From positions 1,088,001 to 1,152,000 of the forward strand of contig OZ245817.1 in NCBI GenBank assembly GCA_965228475.1: a stretch of DNA of 64,000 bases, in the 5' to 3' direction. Below, one piece after another: positions 18,779-28,228 of this stretch. The number at the start of each line of letters is the position of its first letter. Positions within the stretch are counted from its first letter, which is position 1. A program made the position numbers and the translations under genes. This DNA comes from Myxococcota bacterium (GTDB lineage Bacteria; Myxococcota_A; UBA9160; JAFDDA01). The notes under the pieces are model-generated. The model was not told where the DNA came from. It saw only the letters and a program-made list of their open reading frames with translations, and made no database searches.

Positions 18779-19429
18779 ATGCGCACCCCCGAGAATCCGT
18801 ACCTGGCCGGCCGGCTCGAGTGGAACGAGCGGTACCACGGCTTCCTTCGAGCCAAGCGCAACTGGCAGATCATCGCCGTGGTCGCCCTGGTCGTGAATGC
18901 GGTCCTCGGCCTCGGGATCCTCTGGCAGTCGTCCCAGAGTCGCGTCACGCCATACGTTGTCGAGATCGATGAGCTCGGTCAGACGCTCGTGGTCGGCCCC
19001 GCCGACAAGGCGCGTGCCGCCGATCCCCGTCTCGTCCGCTACCAGGTGGCGGACTTCATCCGCAAGACCCGCTCGATCGTGGCCGACGGCGCCGCGGAGA
19101 AGCAGTTCCTCGACACCGCCTACGCCCACGCCACGGGCGCGGCCACCCGCTTCCTGAACGACCACTTCAAGGTGCACAACCCGTTCCTGCGCATGCGGGA
19201 ACGGACCGTCAGCGTCGAGATCACGAGCGTGCTCTCGCTCCCGGCGAGCGACTCGTGGCAGATCCAGTGGACCGAGATCCACCGAGGTCTCGACGGGGCC
19301 GTCCTCACGCGCGAGCGCTGGCAGGCGGTCCTGAACGTGGAGATCCGGCCGGCAGCCACGCCAGAGGTTATCGAGCAGAACCCGCTCGGCCTCTACGTCA
19401 CGGACATCCAATGGACCAAACAGCTTTGA
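18779..19429 (+). CDS. trbF: TrbF (VirB8)
   Basis: NPYLAGR.EWNERY, PYVVEID, WQIQWTE, NPLGLYV. Confidence 0.92.
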   Translation: MRTPENPYLAGRLEWNERYHGFLRAKRNWQIIAVVALVVNAVLGLGILWQSSQSRVTPYVVEIDELGQTLVVGPADKARAADPRLVRYQVADFIRKTRSIVADGAAEKQFLDTAYAHATGAATRFLNDHFKVHNPFLRMRERTVSVEITSVLSLPASDSWQIQWTEIHRGLDGAVLTRERWQAVLNVEIRPAATPEVIEQNPLGLYVTDIQWTKQL

Positions 19430-19440
19430 GGAGGAGAGCG

Positions 19441-20397
19441 ATGCAGAGATTGCGTTCGAGAGCGTACTTGGCGGCGGCGGCGGCGGTGGCGTGCGGAGCG
19501 TGCTCCTCCGTGCCGGAGCTCGGGCCGGAGGACTTCGTTCAGGCCAACCAGGTGACGGAGGAGATCGTGTTCACGGACCCGATGGGACATCCGACCGACG
19601 CGGACTTCCTCAGCCAGGACGACCCGGAGCTCGTGGAGGCCGTCCGCCAGTTCCAGTCGACCGGGAAGGCTCCGATCGTCCGCAAGCCGGGCTTCGTCCG
19701 CTTCCCGTACGGCGACCGGCAGCCCATCCTCTACTGCAAGCCCCTGCGCGTGTGCGACATCCAGCTCCAACCGGGCGAGAGCGTCCTCCACATCGCGCTC
19801 GGCGACTCGGAGCGCTGGATCGCCTCCAAGATGGAGAGCGGCCCGGCGGACGGCCGCGCACCGCACGTCGTGGTGAAGCCGACCGAGTTCGACGTCAGTA
19901 CCAATCTGGTCATCACGACCGATCGGCGCGTCTACCACCTCGGGCTCATCAGCAACCAGGAGGACAGGTCCGGCTACTTCCGGAGCGTCCGCTTCTACTA
20001 CCCGCAAGAGACGGTCCAGCGGTGGGCGAGCGCAGAGGCGAAGCTGCGCGATGAGGTGCACAGGAAGCGCGACGTCGCTCGCCTCCCTCTCGTGAGGCCC
20101 GAGGGCCTCAACTTCGGCTACCGGATCGAGGGGGATCGAGTTCCCTGGCGGCCCGTCCAGGCCTTCGATGACGGCACCCGCGTCTTCCTGCAGATGCCGG
20201 GCGCGATGGCTGCCACGGAGGCACCCGCTCTCTTCGTCCGGTCGGACAGCGAAGAGCAGGCGCTCGTCAACTATCGGCTGCGGGGCCGGTACTTCGTGGT
20301 GGACAAGCTCTTCGCCCAGGCCGTGCTGGTTCTCGGAGTCGGCGGCGACCAGAAGCGAATCACCGTGACCCGCCTTCCGCGCGAAGCGCGGCGCTAG
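19441..20397 (+). CDS. trbG: TrbG (VirB9)
   Basis: Lipobox GAC, DIQLQPGE, TNLVITTDRRVY, FDDGTRVF, LVNYR. Confidence 0.92.
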   Translation: MQRLRSRAYLAAAAAVACGACSSVPELGPEDFVQANQVTEEIVFTDPMGHPTDADFLSQDDPELVEAVRQFQSTGKAPIVRKPGFVRFPYGDRQPILYCKPLRVCDIQLQPGESVLHIALGDSERWIASKMESGPADGRAPHVVVKPTEFDVSTNLVITTDRRVYHLGLISNQEDRSGYFRSVRFYYPQETVQRWASAEAKLRDEVHRKRDVARLPLVRPEGLNFGYRIEGDRVPWRPVQAFDDGTRVFLQMPGAMAATEAPALFVRSDSEEQALVNYRLRGRYFVVDKLFAQAVLVLGVGGDQKRITVTRLPREARR

Positions 20398-20414
20398 GCG
20401 GCGGAGGGCTTGCC

Positions 20415-21659
20415 GTGACGGACGAGCATGATCCGATCCAGACCGAGGAAGACGCGACACCCATCGAGCTCGAGCCGCGGCCGCGTGTCGTCCGCCTGAA
20501 CCGACGAGCGATCTTCGTTGCCGGCGGGCTCGCGACGGCTGTGATCCTTGCCGCCGTCTTCACCCTCTCGGATCGTAGCCAGCGCGTTGCTCAGCGCCCG
20601 GATCCAGCTGCCGGAGTGAGCACTGCGCCGGATCGGTTCTGGGAGGGTGAGTCGGATGGCGTCCCGCGTCTGGCCGCACCGGTTCCTGCGGCGGATGCAC
20701 CGGTCGCGGCCGCGGGTGCGCCCCCGGAGCTCGACAAAGACGCACCGCCTCAGCTTATCGAGACCAGCGATGGGGTTGCGGACCAGACCCTGCGGCGCGC
20801 CTTCACCTCGCGCCCGATCGTTTTCGAGGGAAACGATGAGGTCGCTCGAACCCCTAGCGCGGTTGTGGCGCCGCCGCACCGACCTGCGGCTTCTCCAGAC
20901 GCGGCGGGTGTTCTCCAGGCCGCGAGGGATCTCTACTCCAGCCAGCAGACGCAGGACGACCCGATGGTCAGCCAGAACCTCCAGCGCGAGAAGCTTGAGT
21001 TCATGCGCAACGCGGAGCTCGGCGTCGGGGAGGAGATCCTCGAGCACCGGGTTCGCCCGTCGCTCTCGCCCTACGAGGTGAAGGCCGGCTCGCTGCTGCC
21101 CGCCGTCCTCGTGACCGAGGCCAACTCGGACCTGCCCGGCCAGCTGATCTCACAGATCCGAGAGAACGTCTTCGACTCGGCCACGGGCGCACACCTGCTG
21201 ATCCCGCAGGGCACGCGCGCCATCGGCGTCTACGACAGCCTCGTTGCCCACGGCCAGGAGCGCGTGCTCGTGGCGTGGCAGCGCCTCATCTTCCCCGACG
21301 GCTCGGGCCTCAACCTGGGCTCCATGCCCGGGACGGACGCCGCTGGCGCCGCCGGCTTCCACGACCGCGTGGACCACGACTACCTGCGCGTCTTCGGAGG
21401 CGCCATCCTGCTGAGCGCCATCAGCGCCGGCCTCCAGGTCTCCCAGGGCACCTTCGGCAGCGGGAACCAGGCCACGGACGCGCGCGATCTCCGCGAGATC
21501 CTCGCCGCCGCCCTCGGCCAGAACCTCGGCGAGCTGGGTACCGAGATCGCCCGGCGCAACATGAACGTCCAGCCCACGCTGGAGATCCGGCCCGGCTATC
21601 GCTTCAACATCGCCGTCATGAAGGACCTGGTCCTGTCGGGGCCGTACCAGGCCTTCTGA
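20415..21659 (+). CDS. trbI: TrbI (VirB10)
   Basis: SPYEVKAGSLLPAVL, NSDLPG, LLIPQG, PTLEIRPG. Confidence 0.92.
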   Translation: MTDEHDPIQTEEDATPIELEPRPRVVRLNRRAIFVAGGLATAVILAAVFTLSDRSQRVAQRPDPAAGVSTAPDRFWEGESDGVPRLAAPVPAADAPVAAAGAPPELDKDAPPQLIETSDGVADQTLRRAFTSRPIVFEGNDEVARTPSAVVAPPHRPAASPDAAGVLQAARDLYSSQQTQDDPMVSQNLQREKLEFMRNAELGVGEEILEHRVRPSLSPYEVKAGSLLPAVLVTEANSDLPGQLISQIRENVFDSATGAHLLIPQGTRAIGVYDSLVAHGQERVLVAWQRLIFPDGSGLNLGSMPGTDAAGAAGFHDRVDHDYLRVFGGAILLSAISAGLQVSQGTFGSGNQATDARDLREILAAALGQNLGELGTEIARRNMNVQPTLEIRPGYRFNIAVMKDLVLSGPYQAF

Positions 21660-21683
21660 CGCGAGCCACAGGAGGAGAGCCAC

Positions 21684-21917
21684 GTGAAGCTGCAGCGGCG
21701 CAAGAGCGACGAGCCGCCCATCGAGATCCGCGTCACCGTGCCCGCCGAGATCGTCTCCGATCTCAAGGGCTACTGCCGCTACTACGAGGCCACCTACGGC
21801 GAGCCGATCGAGCTTCCGGCGGTCACCGTGGAGATCCTGCGCCACTTCCTGCGCGTGGAGCGCGACTTCCGCCGCTGGCGGCGCGAGCAGGAGCCGGGAG
21901 CGCCGCGGGGCTCATGA
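21684..21917 (+). CDS. DUF2274-like small protein following trbI
   Basis: DL.GY..YY...YGE pattern; GGAGGAG RBS; same position as in Tn4371-like elements. Confidence 0.7.
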   Translation: MKLQRRKSDEPPIEIRVTVPAEIVSDLKGYCRYYEATYGEPIELPAVTVEILRHFLRVERDFRRWRREQEPGAPRGS

Positions 21918-21928
21918 CCCGTAGCCAT

Positions 21929-21943
21929 TGGCACTCTCCTCGC
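21929..21943 (+). promoter_or_regulatory. Possible weaker sigma-54 site
   Basis: TGGCACTCTCCTCGC, GG-N10-GC but TCGC instead of TTGC. Confidence 0.3.
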
Positions 21944-22112
21944 CGTCGCCGGCTGCATACGATCGCTGGTCGCCCAGGCGTCGTCTGGTCGGCGGAGGTG
22001 CGCAGCCGACCTTTCTCGGGCGGCCCCGCCACGGCCAGCGCATCCATCACCCCCTCGGCCCACGTCCAGATGTCCGGGTGCCGATCTGCCAAGGCTCCTT
22101 CGCTCGTACTCG

Positions 22113-22342
22113 CCGTCGGGCTGGCTCCGCTCGGGCCCTTCGGACAAGGATGCGCGCCCTCGGCTCCGCGGACTCCGCTCGTTCACGCCCCTTGCCTCGA
22201 GCCCCGGCGCGGCTCACCCCCCACCCGCCGCGCCTCTCGCTCCGCGGGCGCCCTCCGGCTTCCAGCCCCGTCCGGCCAGGTCTCCGCGTCGGGTGAGAGA
22301 CCTGGCCCAGAGGGGCCTCAACCAGAACGAAGGAGACATACA
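22113..22342 (+). repeat. Conserved structured leader, copy A
   Basis: CGCGCCCT..CGCTCGTTCACG.CCCTTGCC box; hairpin GGCCAGGTCTC/GAGACCTGGCC at 22274-22307. Confidence 0.75.
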
Positions 22343-22570
22343 ATGGCAGTCAACACCCAGGCGATCTTCGGCGTCGTGCAGCGCGAGGGGATGGAGAAGG
22401 GCTTCTGGACCCGCATCGGCACCGCCTTCCAGAACCAGGACGGCAGCTGGAACCTCCGCTTCGACTACCTCCCGACCGACCGGACCGCGACGGTCCAGAT
22501 GCGGCCGGTGAAGTCCGGCGAGGAGGGCGCCGAGGGCGGAGCCAAGCCCGCGGCCGGCTCCGACCGCTGA
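22343..22570 (+). CDS. Small beta-rich protein (WTRIGxAFxNxDGS), possibly ssDNA-binding
   Basis: AAGGAG RBS; aromatic and basic beta strands with a flexible tail; function inferred. Confidence 0.6.
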   Translation: MAVNTQAIFGVVQREGMEKGFWTRIGTAFQNQDGSWNLRFDYLPTDRTATVQMRPVKSGEEGAEGGAKPAAGSDR

Positions 22571-22646
22571 TCGGGCCGCCGTGGGGCGACGCAAGTCGCC
22601 CCACGGCTGGCGGTCGACCTCGCCGCGAAGCCAGCCGGCCCCGATC

Positions 22647-23096
22647 CTAGGAGGAGGTCTTCGGTTCCCGGATCAGGACGGTGCCCTGGGCCAGGCAGAC
22701 CACGCGGCCTTCGTTGGAGATGCGGATCTGGACGACGGCCGTCGTCCGCGTCATCGAGGCGATCTCGGCTTCGGCGATCACGGTTCCCTCGCTCACCGGG
22801 GCGAGCAGGTTCAGCTTGAACTCGGTCGTGGCGGCCCACCAGCCCGGCTTCATGTGCGGGTAGCAGACGCAGCCCAGCACGTGGTCGCATGCAGCGGAGA
22901 GAACGCCTCCGTGCATGTTGCCGAACGGCGTCAACAGCTCGGGGCGGACCTCGAACTGCGCGCAGAGTCGGCCCGGGCCGAACTCGGTGAAGCGGATCCC
23001 GAGGAAGGCCGGCAGGCCCGTGAGCTTCTCGTTCATCTCCAGGAAGCGATTGGCGACTGCGGCGTCGTAGGTTGCGTCCAGGCTCCGGTCGGACAT
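22647..23096 (-). CDS. PaaI-family hotdog thioesterase
   Basis: PFGNMHGG..ACD..LG, TTEFKLNLLAP. Confidence 0.88.
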   Translation of the reverse strand: MSDRSLDATYDAAVANRFLEMNEKLTGLPAFLGIRFTEFGPGRLCAQFEVRPELLTPFGNMHGGVLSAACDHVLGCVCYPHMKPGWWAATTEFKLNLLAPVSEGTVIAEAEIASMTRTTAVVQIRISNEGRVVCLAQGTVLIREPKTSS

Positions 23097-23100
23097 GCGG

Positions 23101-26100
23101 TTAGGCCTCACTGCGATCCGATTCATCGGATGCGGCCCTCGCTTTGCCTGCCAGGCCCGCAGCGGTTCTTCTGATCCAGCCCGGGACGCGGTTGAGATCG
23201 GCCACCAGTGTGTAGGCGACGGGGACCACGACCAGCGTGAGCAGGGTCGATGAGGCAAGACCTCCGATGACCAGGAGACCCATGGGCTGGCGGAACTCGG
23301 CGCCATCGCTCTGGGCGATCGCCACGGGCACCATCCCGGCGATCGTGGAGCACGCCGTCATCAAGACGGGGCGCAGTCGGACGGGGCCGGCGGCGAGGAT
23401 CGCATCGTGCGCCGTCGCGCCCATGGCGCGCCGCTGATTCGCGTAGTCCACCAGGAGGATCCCGTTCTTCATCACCAGGCCCATCAGGGCGACCAGCCCG
23501 ATCTGGGCCCAGATGCTGAGTGCCGTTCCACTCATGGCGAGGGCGGCAAAGGCCCCCACGAAGGAGAGCGGCGCCGAGAGCATGATCACGGTGGGCTGCG
23601 AGAAGCTGTCGAACTGGCTCGCGAGGATCATGTAGAGCGCCGCGAGTGCGAGGAAGAAGGCGAATACCACGGCCTCGGCCGAATCCTGCATGCGCTCCGC
23701 CGCGCCCGCATGCGTGCCCTGGTAACCCGCCGGGAGCCCGACCTCGTCGACGATCTCGTCGAGCCGGGCTGCGGCGGTGCCGAGCGCAACGTCCCCGCGC
23801 GTGTTCGCGAAGAGCGTGATCTTGCGCCCACGATTCTCGCGTTCGATCTGGGCTGGCCCGCTCGAGATCCGGAGCGTGGCGAGGCTTGCCAGCTCCACGG
23901 GGCGGCCCGCCACGGGCCGGACCTGGACCCTGCCGACCTCGTCGAGATCGTCGCGCTGCTCCCTTTCGAGCCGGACGCGCACGTCGTAGCGACGCCCGCC
24001 GTCCTCGAAGGTCGCCACGTCGACACCCCCGATCAGCGCGCGGACGGTCGTCGCCAGAGAGCGGATCGGCACGCGGAGGTCGGCGGCCCTGCGCCGATCC
24101 ACGACGATCTCGAGCTCCGGCTTGCCCTCCTCGAACCCGGACTTGGCATCCACGAAGAGCGGGTCCGTCCGCATCCGCCCCACGATCTCGTCCGTGGCCT
24201 CCCGGAGACGGTCGAGCGACGGTCCGGTCACCCCGTATTCGACGTTGTATGCGCTGAAGCCGCCACCCGAGATCCAGGCGATCTCGTTCACGCCCACGAG
24301 CTTCGCCTCGGGCGCCGCGCGCCCCATCGCAGACCGGGCCGCATCCATGAGGGCGAGCTGCCCCGTCGTCCGCTCCTGCTTGGGGGTCAGCTCCACGTAG
24401 ACGCTCATCTCGTTCACGCGGCCCTGGCTCCCGGCGCCGATCGTGAGGAACGTGTGCTCGACGTGCTCCACCGTGGTGACGGCCTGCGCGACCCGCCGAG
24501 CGACCCGCTTCGTCTCGGCAATTCCCGCACCGGCCGGAAGCTCTACGATCCCCTCGAACTCGCTCCGGTCCGCCTTCGAGGAGAACTCCAGGGGAATGCC
24601 CCGTGCGACCGCGATGCCGCCGTAGACCGAGACGAGGGCCAGCCCCAGGACCAGGGCGCGACGGCGCAGCGCGGCTCCCAGCAGTACGCCGTAGGCCGCT
24701 TCGAGGCGTCGGTAGAGATCTTCGAGGAGACGGAACACCGCGCCTTCGCCCTGGGACGGCCGAAGGACCTGTGCACACAGGGTCGGCGTCAGGGTGACGG
24801 CCACCAACAAGGAGATGGCCACCGCAAAGGAGATCGCGAGTCCGTACTCGTAGAAAAAGCGCCCGATCACGCCCTGCATGAACGCGATCGGGAGGAAGAC
24901 GGCGAGGACCGATGCGGTCCCAGCGATCACCGCGGAGCCCACCTCGGCGGTGCCTTGGGAGGCCGCGGCCACAGGTGGCACGCCCGCCTCGATCTTTCGA
25001 TGGATGCTCTCGAGCACCACGATGGCGTCGTCGATCAGGAGCCCGATCGAGACCGAGAGCGCCATCAGCGTCAGCATGTTGAGCGTGAAGCCCATCACGT
25101 AGAACAGGAAGAAGGTCGAGACGATCGAGGTCGGGATGGCGACGGCCACGATCACGGTGGTGCGGAGGCTCCGCAGGAACGCCAGGGTGACGAGGACGGC
25201 GAGGAGGCCGCCGAGCACGATGTCGATCCCGACGTCTCTCGCGGAGGCCTCGATGAACCGGGAGATGTCCCGCGCCACCACGAGCTTCACGCCGGGTGGT
25301 GCGTCGCTGCGCAACTCTTCCACCGCCTCCTTGATCGCGCGCGCGACCTCCACGGTGTTCCGACCCGACTGGCGGCGGATGTCCAGCGAGACGCCGCGGA
25401 CGCCGTCGAGCTCGGCGTAGGTGCGCTCGTCCTCGCTGCCGTCCTCGACGCGTGCCACGTCGCCGACGGTGGTCGGCGCCCCCTCGCGGTAGGCGACCAC
25501 GATGTCGGCGAACTCGTCCGCGGTATCGACCTCGCCCCGGGTCTTGACGGAGAACTCTCTCGTCTCCTGGTCCGCTTCGAGGAGCCCTCCCGGTATGTCC
25601 GCATGCTCGGCACGGATCGCCTGGACCACGTCCGGGGCCGTGAGCCCGTAGCTTCGCAGCCGGGTGCCGTCGAGCCAGATGCGGATCTCCCGCTCGCGGC
25701 CGCCCACGGGCCGCGCCGATCCGACACCCGGCACACGCTGGATGCGTTCCTTCACGACGTGATCGGCGTAGTCCGTCAGGGTGCGGATCGGCAGGTCGCC
25801 CGAGACCATCACGGAGAGGATCGGGGCCGCGTCCGGGTCCACCTTTTCGACCACGGGAGCCTGGGCGTCCGGAGGGAGATCCCCGACGGCCCGGGCGACC
25901 TTCTCGCGGACGTCTTCGGCCTTCTCGTCCGCGTCCTCTTCCAGCTCGAACTGGATGAAGACCTGCGAGAGCCCCTCGGAGCTGACCGAGCGGATCTCCT
26001 TGACGCCCGAGATCGTGTTCAGGTGGTCTTCGAGGACGTCCGTCACCTCGCTCTCGACCGTCTCCGGGTTGGCTCCCTCGAGGACGGTCGTGACCGCCAT

Positions 26101-26232
26101 GTAGGGAAACTCCACCCGAGGGAAGAGGTCGACCCCGAGGCGACCGACCGAGATCGCGCCGAGGCCGACGAAGGCTCCGATCAGCATCACGGCGAAGACC
26201 GGTCTGCGGATGGAGAAGTCAGCGATCTGCAT
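23101..26232 (-). CDS. AcrB/MdtC-family RND efflux permease
   Basis: 1043 aa; SIRRPVFA, IDDAIVVLE, KNGILLVD, RLRPVLMT. Confidence 0.95.
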   Translation of the reverse strand: MQIADFSIRRPVFAVMLIGAFVGLGAISVGRLGVDLFPRVEFPYMAVTTVLEGANPETVESEVTDVLEDHLNTISGVKEIRSVSSEGLSQVFIQFELEEDADEKAEDVREKVARAVGDLPPDAQAPVVEKVDPDAAPILSVMVSGDLPIRTLTDYADHVVKERIQRVPGVGSARPVGGREREIRIWLDGTRLRSYGLTAPDVVQAIRAEHADIPGGLLEADQETREFSVKTRGEVDTADEFADIVVAYREGAPTTVGDVARVEDGSEDERTYAELDGVRGVSLDIRRQSGRNTVEVARAIKEAVEELRSDAPPGVKLVVARDISRFIEASARDVGIDIVLGGLLAVLVTLAFLRSLRTTVIVAVAIPTSIVSTFFLFYVMGFTLNMLTLMALSVSIGLLIDDAIVVLESIHRKIEAGVPPVAAASQGTAEVGSAVIAGTASVLAVFLPIAFMQGVIGRFFYEYGLAISFAVAISLLVAVTLTPTLCAQVLRPSQGEGAVFRLLEDLYRRLEAAYGVLLGAALRRRALVLGLALVSVYGGIAVARGIPLEFSSKADRSEFEGIVELPAGAGIAETKRVARRVAQAVTTVEHVEHTFLTIGAGSQGRVNEMSVYVELTPKQERTTGQLALMDAARSAMGRAAPEAKLVGVNEIAWISGGGFSAYNVEYGVTGPSLDRLREATDEIVGRMRTDPLFVDAKSGFEEGKPELEIVVDRRRAADLRVPIRSLATTVRALIGGVDVATFEDGGRRYDVRVRLEREQRDDLDEVGRVQVRPVAGRPVELASLATLRISSGPAQIERENRGRKITLFANTRGDVALGTAAARLDEIVDEVGLPAGYQGTHAGAAERMQDSAEAVVFAFFLALAALYMILASQFDSFSQPTVIMLSAPLSFVGAFAALAMSGTALSIWAQIGLVALMGLVMKNGILLVDYANQRRAMGATAHDAILAAGPVRLRPVLMTACSTIAGMVPVAIAQSDGAEFRQPMGLLVIGGLASSTLLTLVVVPVAYTLVADLNRVPGWIRRTAAGLAGKARAASDESDRSEA

Positions 26233-27310
26233 GGGCGAGTTCGGTGGCGATCTTCGTACCGTCGGAGACCCGGGGAAGGTTCGGCCCGGTGAGCACGGCG
26301 TCTCCGGGGGCGAGCCCGTCGACGACCTCCATGCGGCGGGTGTCGAGCTCTCGCACGCTTACCTCGCGACGCCGGGCCACACCGCCGTCGTCAACGAAGA
26401 CGTAGCGGGACCCGGCGGGCCCCAGGACGGCGTCCTGAGGGACCACCACGGCCTCGCGCGGCTCCGGGATCAGCTCGGCGCGTGCGAACAGACCGGGCTT
26501 CACGCGGTAGTCCGGGTTGCGGATGGGCAGCCGGATCTCCACCGCCCGGGACTCGTGGTCGACGCGGTCGTTGAGGATGTAGACCTCGCTCTCGAAGGCC
26601 CCCTCCACCCCGTCGACGGTGACGCGCGCCGGCGTCCCGAGGCGGATGCGGGGCAGGTGGACGCCCGGGACCTGCACGATCGCCGCGACGATGTCGATCT
26701 TCATGATCTGGACCACCTGGGAGCCGGCGCTCATGAGGGTGCTCATCATGGCGCCCTCATCCACGTAGCGGCGCGTGATGACCCCGGGATAGGGTGCCCG
26801 TACGATCGTGTCCTCGAGGTTCTGCCGAGCCTCGGCCAGCCCCGCCTGCGCCGACTCGTTCCGCGCCAGGGCCGTCTCGTGCGCCGTGCGGACGTCGTCG
26901 AGACGCTCCACCGATGCAACGCCTTGCGCTTGGAGCCGCTCGATGCGTTCCACGTCACGCTCCAGCTTCTGCAGCGCGGCGCGGGCGATCCTCGCCTGCG
27001 CCGCAGCCTGGCGCGCCCGGATCTCGTAGTCGTCGGAGCGCGTGCGGAAGAGCACGGCGCCCTCCTCCACCCGGTCGCCGACCTTCACGGGGATCTCGTT
27101 GATGATCCCGCTCACGCGAGGTCCGATGTCGGTGGTCTTGTGGGCGGCGATGGTCCCGGTGCCAACGATCTTCTCGACGATCTGCTCCCGGGCCACGGCC
27201 GCCACCTCGACGCGAACGGTCTCTGTCGCGCCGGTCGGAGGCGCAAGCGGGTCGGTCTCGCCGCCGCACGCAACCACGCAGGACGCCAGGAGCACGGCCA
27301 CCCGCTTCAC
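26219..27310 (-). CDS. RND periplasmic adaptor (MFP)
   Basis: Lipobox VAC, VKVGDRV, RAPYPGVI, KPGLFA. Confidence 0.92.
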   Translation of the reverse strand: MKRVAVLLASCVVACGGETDPLAPPTGATETVRVEVAAVAREQIVEKIVGTGTIAAHKTTDIGPRVSGIINEIPVKVGDRVEEGAVLFRTRSDDYEIRARQAAAQARIARAALQKLERDVERIERLQAQGVASVERLDDVRTAHETALARNESAQAGLAEARQNLEDTIVRAPYPGVITRRYVDEGAMMSTLMSAGSQVVQIMKIDIVAAIVQVPGVHLPRIRLGTPARVTVDGVEGAFESEVYILNDRVDHESRAVEIRLPIRNPDYRVKPGLFARAELIPEPREAVVVPQDAVLGPAGSRYVFVDDGGVARRREVSVRELDTRRMEVVDGLAPGDAVLTGPNLPRVSDGTKIATELAHADR

Positions 27311-27942
27311 CGCTCGACTCCGAAGAGACGCTCGAAGATCCGGCGCACGTCCCCGGCCAGGGCATCCAGCCCCCGTTGTGAGGTGCCTTCGGCCGCTGCG
27401 GCGGCGGCCGTCGTCACCGAGCCGATGAGTGTGAGCGCCAGAGCCTCCGGGTCGATGCCCTGGAGCGGCCCGCTGGCGGCGGCCTCCTGCGTGAGGCCGC
27501 GCACCCAGCCGCTGAAGCTCGCGAAGATCGCCTGGGTCCGGTCGCCCATCGATTGGCGGATCCGCCAGGGAAGCCCGTGCGTGGCTCGAGCGTAGATGCG
27601 AAGCAGGTCCTGGTTCTCCGAGAAGCAGGCGAACAGGGAGTCGATCAGGGCCAGAAGACGCTCCTGCGGATCGGGGATCCCCTCCACCTTGGCGCGAACC
27701 GTCTCGCGGATGGACTCCGCGGCGTTCTCGATCACGGCCTGGAAGAGTCCCTCCTTGGCCTCGAACATGGCGTAGACCGTGCCCAGGGAGACCTCGGCGC
27801 GAGAGGCGATCTCGGCGACCTGGGCGCCGTCGAACCCCTTCTCGGCGAACTCCGCCGCCGCCGCATCGAGGACGTGGGACCGCCGCAGCGCCGCTTCCAG
27901 ATTCCGGCGCTCGGACCGTTTCGACTTCCCCTTTGTAGCCAT
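27307..27942 (-). CDS. TetR-family regulator
   Basis: VLDAAAAEFAEKGF..IASRAEVSLGTVY..F..KE. Confidence 0.92.
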   Translation of the reverse strand: MATKGKSKRSERRNLEAALRRSHVLDAAAAEFAEKGFDGAQVAEIASRAEVSLGTVYAMFEAKEGLFQAVIENAAESIRETVRAKVEGIPDPQERLLALIDSLFACFSENQDLLRIYARATHGLPWRIRQSMGDRTQAIFASFSGWVRGLTQEAAASGPLQGIDPEALALTLIGSVTTAAAAAAEGTSQRGLDALAGDVRRIFERLFGVER

Positions 27943-27964
27943 GGATTCCTCAGTCAGAATAACG

Positions 27965-27976
27965 ATTACTCGTAAT
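27965..27976. promoter_or_regulatory. Candidate TetR operator
   Basis: Palindrome ATTAC-TC-GTAAT in an AT-rich patch just upstream of the tetR start. Confidence 0.45.
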
Positions 27977-28228
27977 AGAATAGCACCTCAGGGGGAGGGC
28001 ACGCGGGCGGAGACGTGGAGGAAGGCCGGTCGGAGCCGGCTAGTGCGGAGGGCCTCCCCGGTCCGGGCCGGAGTCCTCGACCAGGGACGCCCGGCCCGGC
28101 GGCCTCCTTCAACCACCCGGGCCAACGCAGCAGGGACGGCTGCGGAGGTGGCTCTCCGCTATCGCCGCCGTCGTCTGGTCGTGGCGCACTCGCCGTTGGT
28201 CAACACCGACCCGTCGGTTCCGCCGGCC

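Noticed and set aside
23407..26292. 961-aa plus-strand ORF
   Set aside because: Antisense shadow of the RND permease
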